A stretch of 64,000 nucleotides of DNA from a virus, in the IMG/VR virus record IMGVR_UViG_3300005805_009577, positions 96,001 through 160,000 of that record. One strand, 5' to 3'. Under the pieces are notes generated by a model, which did no database searches, was not told the origin of the DNA, and saw nothing but the letters and a program-made list of their open reading frames with translations. Below, in pieces: positions 46,680 to 55,353 of the stretch. Both the position numbers and the translations under genes were made by a program. The first letter of the stretch is position 1. Each line of letters starts with the position of its first letter.

Positions 46680-47008
46680 TTCCTAGGGTGGTAACGGTGC
46701 CGGGGTAACTAAGGCAACCGTTACTAACTCATAACATTAAGGAAAAATAAAAAGCAAAATTAAAAAATAAATAAAATAATTTTACAAAGTTAAATAAAAA
46801 AATCAAAACTAAGAAAAAACCTGGAGCTATTAGGGGTACAGGGACCCCGGAACTGCCATTACAGCCTTTCTTTTTATTAAACCCTATCTTTTTTCGTCCA
46901 CACCCTATATTGGCTTGTAATGAATTTCTATTGCGTTTATTACAAAATTAATCTAAATGGTCGCCTGCACAAGTCCCTACAACCTAAAAAAATTAGAAAA
47001 TCGTTTTT

Positions 47009-47246
47009 AAAAAAATCGCGGCGGCCTATTTTTTAATTATACTAAAAGGTTAATTTGTCATAAGTCTATATTTATCAAATACTTACGGCGAGCAGGAAAA
47101 ACTATCTTGTCGTAAGTCTATATTTCACAGCACTTTACGTAAAATTAATCAAAAAGTTCAATAAAAACCGCTACACAACCGTCCAGAAACTGAAAAAAAC
47201 ATAAAATCAAATTTCAAAAAATCGCGGCGGAGGATTTTTTAATTAT
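47009..47246. repeat. nested repeats in a non-coding junction
   Basis: AAAAAATCGCGGCGG-NNN-ATTTTTTAATTAT at ~47010 and ~47215, enclosing TTGTCRTAAGTCTATATTT...ACTT(T)ACG at ~47055 and ~47107. Confidence 0.75.
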
Positions 47247-47261
47247 ATGCCAGGGTTTAAT

Positions 47262-47723
47262 CTAAATAAATTTTTCAGCTCGTTCATTAAAACAAATTCC
47301 GTTTAAATGGTCGAATTCGTGTTGAAAAACCCTAGCCAGATAACCATTTAATTTACTGTTTGTCCACTCACCTTTTATATCTTGATAAGATACTTCTATA
47401 GAATCATATCTTTTAATTTTTAACATTAAATTTGGAAAGCTTAAACAACCTTCATAGTCCGTATTCTTTTTTACGCTAACCTTTGTAATTATTGGATTAA
47501 AAAATGCTTGAGGTTTAATAAATCCCGGTATTTCATTTGACCCTATTATAAATACTTGAGAATTTAATCCTATTTGATTTGCAGCAATACCAATTCCATT
47601 ATGTTTTAACATAATTTCTATCATTAATCTTTCAGTTTCCACAGGATCAATTTTTCCATTAAATTCAAAAGGATCTACTGATTTGTGCAGCATATCAAAA
47701 GGTTCGTATTTTAATTCATACAT
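47262..47723 (-). CDS. def: peptide deformylase
   Basis: GIGIAANQIG, EGCLSFP, QHEFDHLNG. Confidence 0.95.
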   Translation of the reverse strand: MYELKYEPFDMLHKSVDPFEFNGKIDPVETERLMIEIMLKHNGIGIAANQIGLNSQVFIIGSNEIPGFIKPQAFFNPIITKVSVKKNTDYEGCLSFPNLMLKIKRYDSIEVSYQDIKGEWTNSKLNGYLARVFQHEFDHLNGICFNERAEKFI

Positions 47724-47856
47724 AAATTATATAATATACTTTCTAACTAAAACATTATTTAAATTATCTAGAGTTAAAAACCAAAATTAACCTTTGACAA
47801 AAAAAAATAAAACCTTAAGATCATCTAGGTGTTCTACATAACCAAAAGGAAATGAA

Positions 47857-48057
47857 ATGAAGAATCTTGGAAACGTTTGTTTTGTGGCCGGATTTGTAAG
47901 CAACGTTTGTTTTGTGGCCGGATTTGTAAGCATAGTCGCCAGCATTGCTATTTGGTTTCTTGCCAAAACACCAGATCCAGCTCATGGTGAAAGATTTGGA
48001 ATATTTGTTGGGTTATGGGCACCTACTTTCTTTGCCCTTAGCAACAGATTAAAATAA
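47857..48057 (+). CDS. small membrane protein with an in-frame 30-bp tandem duplication
   Basis: HGERFGIFVGLWAPTFF; NVCFVAGFVS twice (47872-47931). Confidence 0.8.
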   Translation: MKNLGNVCFVAGFVSNVCFVAGFVSIVASIAIWFLAKTPDPAHGERFGIFVGLWAPTFFALSNRLK

Positions 48058-48081
48058 ATTCAGATAAAGTTTAATCTTCAT

Positions 48082-48112
48082 AAAATACCAGGGGCAACCC
48101 TGGTATTTTTTT
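48082..48112 (+). terminator. intrinsic terminator
   Basis: AAAATACCAGGG-GCAA-CCCTGGTATTTT plus T-run. Confidence 0.9.
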
Positions 48113-48135
48113 ATTTATACCGCATAAATAACATT

Positions 48136-49467
48136 GTGAATTTTTATAATCTATCTAATGTTATTGATAAACAATACGACGAAGCTTTCTTAGACAGTCT
48201 TAAAAAGGGATATTCTAGTGGTTATAATTCTGCTCAACAAAACGTTGATCAGGATTATGAAAAATATGCCGATGTTGCCCAAAAAGCTTTAGCTAAAGCT
48301 GGCAGTAATGCACAAACTCTTTCTCGAAAAACTGGTGTTCCGCTGCCTTTGGCTACTGCATTAATAGCAGCCGGTATAACAGGAGGTCCTACTGCTATTC
48401 CTTTTGCAGCTTTATTATACTTTGTTAAACAACCTCTTATGAAAGGTGCTAATCGTGCATTTGATGCTACTTGGGATGCAGGAGCAGCTGCAGCAGGTAA
48501 AATTAAACAATCAGTCAAACAATCAGTTGGTTCTCAGCAACCAGTCCTTCAACCAGAATCATTTCGAGCTTTTATAGAATCAGATTCTTGGTCAGATTGG
48601 GCAGGAGAAAAAATAGGCGGTGCTGCAGGCAGAACAGTTGGCAATGTTTCGGGCTATGCCAGTAAAATAGCAGGATCGTTAGGTCAAAGAGCCAAAGAAA
48701 TAGGTCAATGGGCCAAAGGTAATCCTAAAGAAGTAGCCAGAATGTTATTTTTAGTAGGTGCAGGTGCTGCTATAGGTGCTGGTGTCGGTAAGGTTACCCA
48801 TGAAGTTAAAGATTTTATAATTCAAAAGATAAAAGATCAAGGAATAGATCCTCAAGTACTTAGTTGGGTAAAACAGAATATAGTTTTAGATGATAGTGGT
48901 AAATCATCTAGTGGAGATACATTGACTTCTAAGGGAGGCAAAGAAGTAAATCATCCTTATTTTATCAATGATGACGGACATAAAGTTTCTGGAGATCAAA
49001 CTGTTTCTGTCTCAAATAAATTAATGAAAAACACTGGTGCAAGCGATTTATCTCCAAGCGACCTTCATGCCCACGGCACTGGCATAGGAGGCACTACTTC
49101 TGTTTCTAGTACTGGTGGTACTGAAAATCTTACTAGAGTAAGTGTTCCTAGCAGTCCTGACTTAAGAGATACATATAGAGACGCTGCAAGAGTTCTTCAA
49201 GGAGAGTATAAACCTGGTGTTTTAGGAGGTGTTTTTGGAGGAACTGTTGATAGAAGTGATGCAACAAATGCAATGCTTCAATCTTCTCCTACTCCTTTGC
49301 ATGCTCGTGTAGATTTAAAACATTATGGACATAGTGCTTCTGCTGAAGTTGCCAAAAGACTTGCTGCTGCTAAAGATCAATTTTCTCCTGATACATATAC
49401 TGTTCCTGCTGCTGTGGCTGGTGGTTTAGTTGGTGGAACTGGCAATCGTAGAAAAAGAGTTAGTTAA
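48136..49467 (+). CDS. Gly/Ala-rich hypothetical protein with hydrophobic segments (candidate virion-internal protein)
   Basis: GTG start after CATAAATA; hydrophobic stretches; internal ESFRAFIES. Confidence 0.8.
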   Translation: MNFYNLSNVIDKQYDEAFLDSLKKGYSSGYNSAQQNVDQDYEKYADVAQKALAKAGSNAQTLSRKTGVPLPLATALIAAGITGGPTAIPFAALLYFVKQPLMKGANRAFDATWDAGAAAAGKIKQSVKQSVGSQQPVLQPESFRAFIESDSWSDWAGEKIGGAAGRTVGNVSGYASKIAGSLGQRAKEIGQWAKGNPKEVARMLFLVGAGAAIGAGVGKVTHEVKDFIIQKIKDQGIDPQVLSWVKQNIVLDDSGKSSSGDTLTSKGGKEVNHPYFINDDGHKVSGDQTVSVSNKLMKNTGASDLSPSDLHAHGTGIGGTTSVSSTGGTENLTRVSVPSSPDLRDTYRDAARVLQGEYKPGVLGGVFGGTVDRSDATNAMLQSSPTPLHARVDLKHYGHSASAEVAKRLAAAKDQFSPDTYTVPAAVAGGLVGGTGNRRKRVS

Positions 49468-50135
49468 GTTAAATTTATTTTATAGTTTCCTGCCATCATA
49501 TTTCTTCTTAAATTTTTAATTGTTGCTGAAAAGCTAGAATAACCGCTTCCCATAAAGTGTTTAGAAAATACGCACATATATAAATCTATAATTGCATCTT
49601 TTAACGAAGTTTGTCTTAATCCATTTAATTTTTCATGATATTCAAATTTAACACGTTCATTATATTTATTTTTAAAAATGTTATATGAATCTAAGTTATC
49701 TGTTGCTATGTATAAGTTTTTATCTTTAATGTATGCTTCAATCCATCTAAAGAATTTTTCGTCTTCTGTATAAATATTATGGCTTTTTGCAAGATTTATA
49801 TGATCTGTTCTTCTAACATGAATGCTTATATAATCTTTTAATAAACTTTTTTTTTCATTTATAATAAACTTTATTTCTGGTAATAATTTTAAATCTTTAT
49901 AATTTGGATAGTATGGCACATCACATCCACGATAATTTATATCTAAGTTATCTTTATTATCTTTTAAAAAAGTTATTCCTTCTATTGGTTCAAAATAATC
50001 TAAAAAGAATCCATTACATGCATTTGTTACATTCCATATTACAAATAGATTTTCTTTTTTCTCTTTTGCTTCTTGATAATAATAAAAAATTACTCTTAGA
50101 TAATTGCACAAACCACCCGTAGGCATTATTACCAT
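49464..50135 (-). CDS. fucosyltransferase-like (NodZ/POFUT-type GT-B) glycosyltransferase
   Basis: GGLCNYLR, SIHVRRTDH, YIATDN, DLYMC...SSFS. Confidence 0.7.
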   Translation of the reverse strand: MVIMPTGGLCNYLRVIFYYYQEAKEKKENLFVIWNVTNACNGFFLDYFEPIEGITFLKDNKDNLDINYRGCDVPYYPNYKDLKLLPEIKFIINEKKSLLKDYISIHVRRTDHINLAKSHNIYTEDEKFFRWIEAYIKDKNLYIATDNLDSYNIFKNKYNERVKFEYHEKLNGLRQTSLKDAIIDLYMCVFSKHFMGSGYSSFSATIKNLRRNMMAGNYKINLT

Positions 50136-50147
50136 ATTTTACCTTTT

Positions 50148-50384
50148 TTAATTATTGCTATTATTTTTATCTTGTAACCATTCTTTAAATGTCTTTATTT
50201 TTTTCTTTTTCTTTTTAACTCGATTGGGTAGTTTTTTATGTTTAGTGCTGGCAAAGTCTTTTGCACTTTCTTTGCTTATACCTTTTGCTATTTTTTCTAT
50301 ATTCTTTCCGGCACAATTTCCTGTTTTTTTGCATTGATAGACCATGCCGAAAAGTCTTTGTTGTGATCGTGATCTGCTTGGCAT
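50148..50384 (-). CDS. DUF3008-like small basic protein
   Basis: MPSRSRSQQRLFGM...AKDFASTKHKKLP. Confidence 0.6.
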   Translation of the reverse strand: MPSRSRSQQRLFGMVYQCKKTGNCAGKNIEKIAKGISKESAKDFASTKHKKLPNRVKKKKKKIKTFKEWLQDKNNSNN

Positions 50385-50397
50385 ATTGTTATATATC

Positions 50398-50656
50398 AAA
50401 ACTGTTATGTTTTAATTTGGTAACCTGAGAGAAACTTTTCCGCCGCCGCCGGTTTTCAAAACTGTTAACGTTTTATTTGCCGACCATTAGAGAAAGAGTA
50501 CCGCCCGATTTAATGGAGAAGATGGGACTCAAACCCACAACCTCCGCGTTGCAAACGCGAAGCTCTATCAATTGAGCTACTTCCCCTTTTTAATAATATA
50601 ATAAAAACTGTTAATTTTTAATTTGGTGACTATTAGAGAAAAAGTTCCGCCGGCGG
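50398..50656 (+). repeat. dispersed ~55-bp repeat, copies A-C (50398-50452, 50458-50507, 50604-50656)
   Basis: AAAACTGTTA..TTTT.ATTTG..GAC.ATTAGAGAAA.AG.TCCGCCG flanking tRNA-Ala. Confidence 0.8.
50514..50586 (-). tRNA. tRNA-Ala(TGC)
   Basis: GGGGAAG/CTTCTCC acceptor, CGCGT-TTGCAAC region with TGC anticodon, GTGGG-TTTGAGT-CCCAT. Confidence 0.9.
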
Positions 50657-50687
50657 TTTTTGAAGAATTTATAATAAATAAAATTAA

Positions 50688-51383
50688 ATGTATGATATAT
50701 CTTTTGTAACTTTTGCAGATAGTAAGTATGCCAATACTTTAGAGAGAATTAAAAAAGAGGCATCAAATCTGGATATATTTAAAGATGTTTTTGCTTGGAA
50801 TCAAAAAATACTAGATAACTCATTTTTAATAAAACATCAAAACTTTATAATCAGAAAAAGAAGAGGATATGGATATTGGATATGGAAACCATATGTTATA
50901 AAAAAGGCTTTACAAAGTATATCTAAGAATTCTATTTTAGTATACTGCGATGCGGGTTGTACTTTGAACCCACTAGCTAAAGATTTGCTTTTTGAATTTG
51001 GAAGATTGGCAAAAGAATCAGAACCAGGAATTTTAGCAGCCCAAATGAGATATATAGAATCACATTACACAAAAATGGATTTAATGGTACATTTAAACTT
51101 TACAGAATATGAATCCAAGCAAATTCAGGCCGGTGTGAGCTTTTGGTGCCACACAGAAAATGCTTTGTCTTTTTTAGACGAATGGCAAAATTTATGTTCA
51201 GAAAATAATTATCATTTTTTAGATGACACTGCTTCTATCGCTCCTAATGTTAAAGAATTTATAGAGCATCGCCACGATCAGAGTATTTTTAGTTTGCTTA
51301 TGAAAAAATACAAAGGATATCTAGTTAACAAGTGGCCTGACAATGAGTCTTATCCCATTTGGACTTCTCGTCTTAAATTTTAA
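50688..51383 (+). CDS. putative glycosyltransferase
   Basis: GYGYWIWKP, YCDAG, EHRHDQSIFSLL. Confidence 0.6.
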   Translation: MYDISFVTFADSKYANTLERIKKEASNLDIFKDVFAWNQKILDNSFLIKHQNFIIRKRRGYGYWIWKPYVIKKALQSISKNSILVYCDAGCTLNPLAKDLLFEFGRLAKESEPGILAAQMRYIESHYTKMDLMVHLNFTEYESKQIQAGVSFWCHTENALSFLDEWQNLCSENNYHFLDDTASIAPNVKEFIEHRHDQSIFSLLMKKYKGYLVNKWPDNESYPIWTSRLKF

Positions 51384-51396
51384 CTATTATAAATAG

Positions 51397-52239
51397 TTAA
51401 AATTTAATTATATTTTTTAAAATTTTGTCAGCCCAGTAACTGGCCGTAAGAAATTCAATTGGAGCAAATTTTTTTTCCGAAATACTATTTGGTATTTCTT
51501 CTGGATTTTTTACAAATATTACACACTCAGATATATCTTGAAACATGCATTTTGTATTATCTGTTTCGTGGATGATAGGAATTACATTCAATGCAAGACA
51601 ATTCCAAGCACATGGATTAGGATCTGTTCCATTTCCATGAGGACAAAGAGCATATTTGTAGGTTGATAAAATTTTTAAATATTCCTCAAGTGTTTTATCT
51701 GGCGTGTGTATATCAAATATTTTTAGATGGTTTGACGCATACTCCAAGTATTTACTTCTAACATTGAACTGTGGTCCCAAATCATTATGCGTTCTACATC
51801 TAGAACACGAAAATATTCTTTCTTTTCTTGATGTTTCTTTTGTTGCTTCTCTTAAATCTAATAGAAACTTTTCAGATTCTAATGAGTGAGTTGCTAAGCC
51901 AACGGGTAAAGATCTTATTTTTTCATATTTAAAAGCCATATTTTCCATATACCAAATTTTTAAAAAATTATTATTATATATTATTTCAAATTCTCTGCTA
52001 AAATTAATTTGAGGAGAAAAGTCACTACAACCCGATATCAGCACAAAAGGATTAAAAATTTTTGGAAGAACATGACTACAAAAATAACCAAGACTTTCTG
52101 TTTTTAAATAAATAGATTTAGGAACATAGTTTTTTTTAATTATTCTATTTTGGACAATAACCCAGTCAAAATTTTTTGAAAAATCACATCCATCACCTTC
52201 AATCATGGCAATTCCATTGTGTGCAATAAAATACTCCAT
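51397..52239 (-). CDS. exostosin (GT47)-like protein
   Basis: YKYALCPHGNG.D....W.CLALNVIPII. Confidence 0.6.
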   Translation of the reverse strand: MEYFIAHNGIAMIEGDGCDFSKNFDWVIVQNRIIKKNYVPKSIYLKTESLGYFCSHVLPKIFNPFVLISGCSDFSPQINFSREFEIIYNNNFLKIWYMENMAFKYEKIRSLPVGLATHSLESEKFLLDLREATKETSRKERIFSCSRCRTHNDLGPQFNVRSKYLEYASNHLKIFDIHTPDKTLEEYLKILSTYKYALCPHGNGTDPNPCAWNCLALNVIPIIHETDNTKCMFQDISECVIFVKNPEEIPNSISEKKFAPIEFLTASYWADKILKNIIKF

Positions 52240-52284
52240 AAATCAATTCCTTATTTCAATCTTTCTTCAATACAAAAATATCTT

Positions 52285-53031
52285 TTAGTATGTTGACTCT
52301 ATTATAGCTTCGACCAAATTGTCAATTTCGTATTTGTAAGAAGAGTATGGTCTTAAAGAATGACAATCATAAAATTCGTGAATATAAGATTTATGCCAGC
52401 TCCATTTAGATCTGTCTATTCTTCTATAATTTGATTCACCTTCTCTAAATATTTTGACAATTCTATTTTGATCAAAATTATTAATCATTTTGCTAGACCA
52501 AATTTCATCTGCACTCCAGTGTTTTAAAGATTTATTTAAACCATTTGGTTTGTGGTTGTTACTAATCTGTTTCCAGCAGTTTTCTGCTATAAACTCTTCC
52601 CAGGTTTCTTTCAATTTTAAAACTTCTTTAAAAACTTTACCTTTTGCAACATTGTAGCAACAAGGATAATGAGAATTTTTTTTTATATAATTTAAATTTA
52701 CAAATTTATCGTCTACTATTTCTTTTATTTGATCAATAAAATACCATTTAGATATTGGAAACATGTCTATATCAGATGTTATAAAAGTTGTATTTTCTTC
52801 TGTTACAGGGTGCCAATATCTTGAAAGCTGACAACATGTATTTATAGGAACATTTTCAATGGTTTTCATTTTAATAACTTCGCCGTACTGTTCATCTATT
52901 TTTGATTCACCAAAATAAAGAAGAATTGGAGTTATCCCAAATTTTAATTTCCACACTTTTGAAACTAATGGCCAAAAGTCTAAGTAAAATGGCTCGTCGT
53001 TGGAAGAATGTATTGCTTTTTCTATTTTCAA
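52285..53031 (-). CDS. putative GT-A glycosyltransferase
   Basis: ITSDIDMFPIS DxD motif, YPCCY, HSLRPY; TTG start with GGAGG RBS. Confidence 0.55.
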   Translation of the reverse strand: MKIEKAIHSSNDEPFYLDFWPLVSKVWKLKFGITPILLYFGESKIDEQYGEVIKMKTIENVPINTCCQLSRYWHPVTEENTTFITSDIDMFPISKWYFIDQIKEIVDDKFVNLNYIKKNSHYPCCYNVAKGKVFKEVLKLKETWEEFIAENCWKQISNNHKPNGLNKSLKHWSADEIWSSKMINNFDQNRIVKIFREGESNYRRIDRSKWSWHKSYIHEFYDCHSLRPYSSYKYEIDNLVEAIIESTY

Positions 53032-53062
53032 ATTTACCTCCTTGTTTTATTTTATATATAAT

Positions 53063-53112
53063 AAAACTGTTAATTTTTGATTTGGTGACTATTAGAGAAA
53101 AAGTTCCGCCGG
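53063..53112 (+). repeat. dispersed ~55-bp repeat, copy D
   Basis: Nearly identical to 50604-50654. Confidence 0.85.
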
Positions 53113-53145
53113 TAATATTTTGTTGCATTGCTTATAAATAACCTT

Positions 53146-53631
53146 ATGCAAAGTTTTAAACAATATTTAAATGAATGGAAACATGTTGGCGAGAATTCAT
53201 GTTTTTGTGGACATTGCGAATCTAATTTAAAAGTTTCCGAAGTTATAATTGGAAAACATATGTACCCAATAGGTCAATTGCTAATTTGTGGTTGTAAAAA
53301 GTCTAGAATATTTACCAATACTATTAGAAATGTAAATAGTTTTATAGAATATTGTGAGGGCGAAAAACATAATTATACTAACGGTTTTTGTAATGATAAA
53401 AAGTGTGGTTATTGTTTTAGTTATATAAACCCTATTCTTAATGGGGTAAATATTTTGAATTTTCGGGCCGACAAGTATGGTTGTTCTAAAAATTGCAAAG
53501 ACAATCAAGAACTACTTTTAGTTAGCAAGCTTAATCTTCCTGAAAATGATGATACTAATAATTCTTTTATTGATTTTTATAAAAAGAATTTAGAAAAAGT
53601 TAAAGAACTATATAAAATGTTTAGTCTTTAA
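53146..53631 (+). CDS. Cys-rich hypothetical protein
   Basis: TATAAATA 5 nt upstream; N-terminus MQSFKQYLNE. Confidence 0.75.
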   Translation: MQSFKQYLNEWKHVGENSCFCGHCESNLKVSEVIIGKHMYPIGQLLICGCKKSRIFTNTIRNVNSFIEYCEGEKHNYTNGFCNDKKCGYCFSYINPILNGVNILNFRADKYGCSKNCKDNQELLLVSKLNLPENDDTNNSFIDFYKKNLEKVKELYKMFSL

Positions 53632-53657
53632 AATTTTTACTCTATTTTAAGATAATC

Positions 53658-53744
53658 CCCCAAGTGATGAAATTGGCAACCATAGCGGACTCAAAATCCG
53701 CCGGGCCTTGAAAGCCCTTGTCGGTTCAAGTCCGACCTTGGGGA
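53658..53744 (+). tRNA. tRNA-Leu(CAA)
   Basis: CCCCAAG/CTTGGGG acceptor, GCGGA-CT-CAA-AA-TCCGC, long variable arm. Confidence 0.93.
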
Positions 53745-53783
53745 TTAATTTCTTCTATAAAATCTCGTATCTAAAAAATTTGT

Positions 53784-54242
53784 TCAGTCGCTGTCTGCTG
53801 GGGCGTAGAACATACCTTCTTTTTGATCCCATACAATTGGTCCTTCGTAGCCCACTGATAAGGTTCCAGTTTCATGTACACGGAAAGGATATACTATACC
53901 GCTTAATGGAGGAAACATTAAGTGACCTGACATTCTGACACCTACTGCTTCTTTAAGATGATCTGGATACCATGCTCCCATATGTTCTTTTCCAACTTTT
54001 TCTTTTGTTCCGTTAGGGCGATCTGTAACAAATATTCCGACAAACTTTTTGCCGCCGTATACAGAATACATCCTGTCTCCATTTTTTGGTTCTTTGAACA
54101 CTGAGAAAGATTTTAGTTGTTCTTGATTTTTATATTGGTTATCGTTTCCTTTTTCTCCAGCATTCTTATTGTGATATTTACTATTAAGGTTATTGTCTCC
54201 AAATTCGGTGTTTTCGGCAACCCAATCTTTAAATTTTTTCAT
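53784..54242 (-). CDS. hypothetical protein
   Basis: N-terminus MKKFKDWVAE; GGAG RBS. Confidence 0.8.
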   Translation of the reverse strand: MKKFKDWVAENTEFGDNNLNSKYHNKNAGEKGNDNQYKNQEQLKSFSVFKEPKNGDRMYSVYGGKKFVGIFVTDRPNGTKEKVGKEHMGAWYPDHLKEAVGVRMSGHLMFPPLSGIVYPFRVHETGTLSVGYEGPIVWDQKEGMFYAPADSD

Positions 54243-54274
54243 AATTTCTCCATTAATACATTTATATATTACAA

Positions 54275-54745
54275 TTAATTAAATTTTTTTAATATTTTCC
54301 AACCAAAACCTTCAATATCATTTTTTATTTGTTCCGTCACAAATCCTTCTTGCACATATGGTTCCCGAGCCTCTATGCCAGAGCAATACCAGTTTATATA
54401 ATCGCCTTTTTGATTAAGACTAGCTACTATTCCGCCGGCATGTCTCCATGAACAATGCCATTTTATTTTGTCTTTAAAAAAGTCATTGTTGCATAGTGCT
54501 GCGTATAAATTTTGACTATAAACTTTTGAGTCTTGACATTTTTTAGAAACATCTTCCGAAGATCTTAAATCTTTTTCTAAGGATGTATCTTTTTCAGGCG
54601 TTAGATCTTTTATCCTTGCATCATCCCACATTTTTTTTAATGATTCAAATGTTTCTTTGCTTAGATTGCCACTTTCATACATTTTTTCTTGATTGTTTTT
54701 TTGAAAGGTATATCTTTCTGGACTTGTTGCGTAAAATTTATTCAT
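54275..54745 (-). CDS. hypothetical phage protein
   Basis: LYAALCNN...WHCSWRHAGGIVA...YINWYCSG. Confidence 0.8.
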   Translation of the reverse strand: MNKFYATSPERYTFQKNNQEKMYESGNLSKETFESLKKMWDDARIKDLTPEKDTSLEKDLRSSEDVSKKCQDSKVYSQNLYAALCNNDFFKDKIKWHCSWRHAGGIVASLNQKGDYINWYCSGIEAREPYVQEGFVTEQIKNDIEGFGWKILKKFN

Positions 54746-54747
54746 AA

Positions 54748-55197
54748 TTAAACAAGCTTTATTATTTGTTGAGGAGAAGAACAACAACTGACGCCGCATT
54801 TTTCAGGAGCAAGACACGCAGTATGATTTTCGCCAGCATAAAATTTTATTATGCCTTCTGTTATTTCGTATTTATCTATAGGGTATTGTGAAACCGAATC
54901 TTTTTCATACTCAATAAAAACATTGGGAATATCATGCTCAAACAAGCTTTCGCCAAGATCAATGATCTTCAACATTTTATCCGAGTCTACTCGATGATCA
55001 AAATCGTTTGCAACCCAAATTTGCAGAACACACTTTTCTGTTTTTCTTTTTACGCCTCCGCAATCTATGAAAACCCTACTTTCCCTCCCAATCTCTGTTA
55101 TATGAAAATGTAGCGGTATAATTTCATTTTGAAGATGAAAAGACAAATTTTTCTTTTGGTTTTTTAATAATATTTCTTTAAGTTGTTTTAAATTCAT
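54748..55197 (-). CDS. DUF6428-like protein
   Basis: HFHITEIG...FIDCGG...LQIWVANDFDHR...HTACLA..KCG..CC. Confidence 0.75.
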   Translation of the reverse strand: MNLKQLKEILLKNQKKNLSFHLQNEIIPLHFHITEIGRESRVFIDCGGVKRKTEKCVLQIWVANDFDHRVDSDKMLKIIDLGESLFEHDIPNVFIEYEKDSVSQYPIDKYEITEGIIKFYAGENHTACLAPEKCGVSCCSSPQQIIKLV

Positions 55198-55200
55198 AAG

Positions 55201-55273
55201 AGCGGGCGACCGGGTACGATCCGGCGACATTTTGATTGGAAATCAAATACTCTACCAACTGAGTTACACCCGC
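55201..55273 (-). tRNA. tRNA-Gly(TCC)
   Basis: GCGGGTG/CGCCCGC acceptor, TTTGA-TT-TCC-AA-TCAAA; T-loop reads ATCGTAC. Confidence 0.88.
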
Positions 55274-55353
55274 AATTATTTTAATATAGTTTGTATCTTT
55301 TAATATTCTTCCAAATTCTTTATTTTTAACTAAATTATATTGAAGGAAAAATT

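Larger units (their letters stand above)
10842..53140. promoter_or_regulatory. T4-late-like TATAAATA boxes
   Basis: TATAAATA shortly upstream of starts at 10842, 27323, 31521, 34848, 53133 (+) and 40091-40098 (-); 31521 and 53133 share TATAAATAACCTTATGC. Chance hits are expected at this AT content. Confidence 0.45.

Noticed and set aside
55212-55218. GGGTACG at the tRNA-Gly locus (also 41657 and GGTACG near 24316, in CDSs)
   Set aside because: Part of the tRNA T-arm complement or coding sequence, with no T-tract or N8-KTG; not counted.
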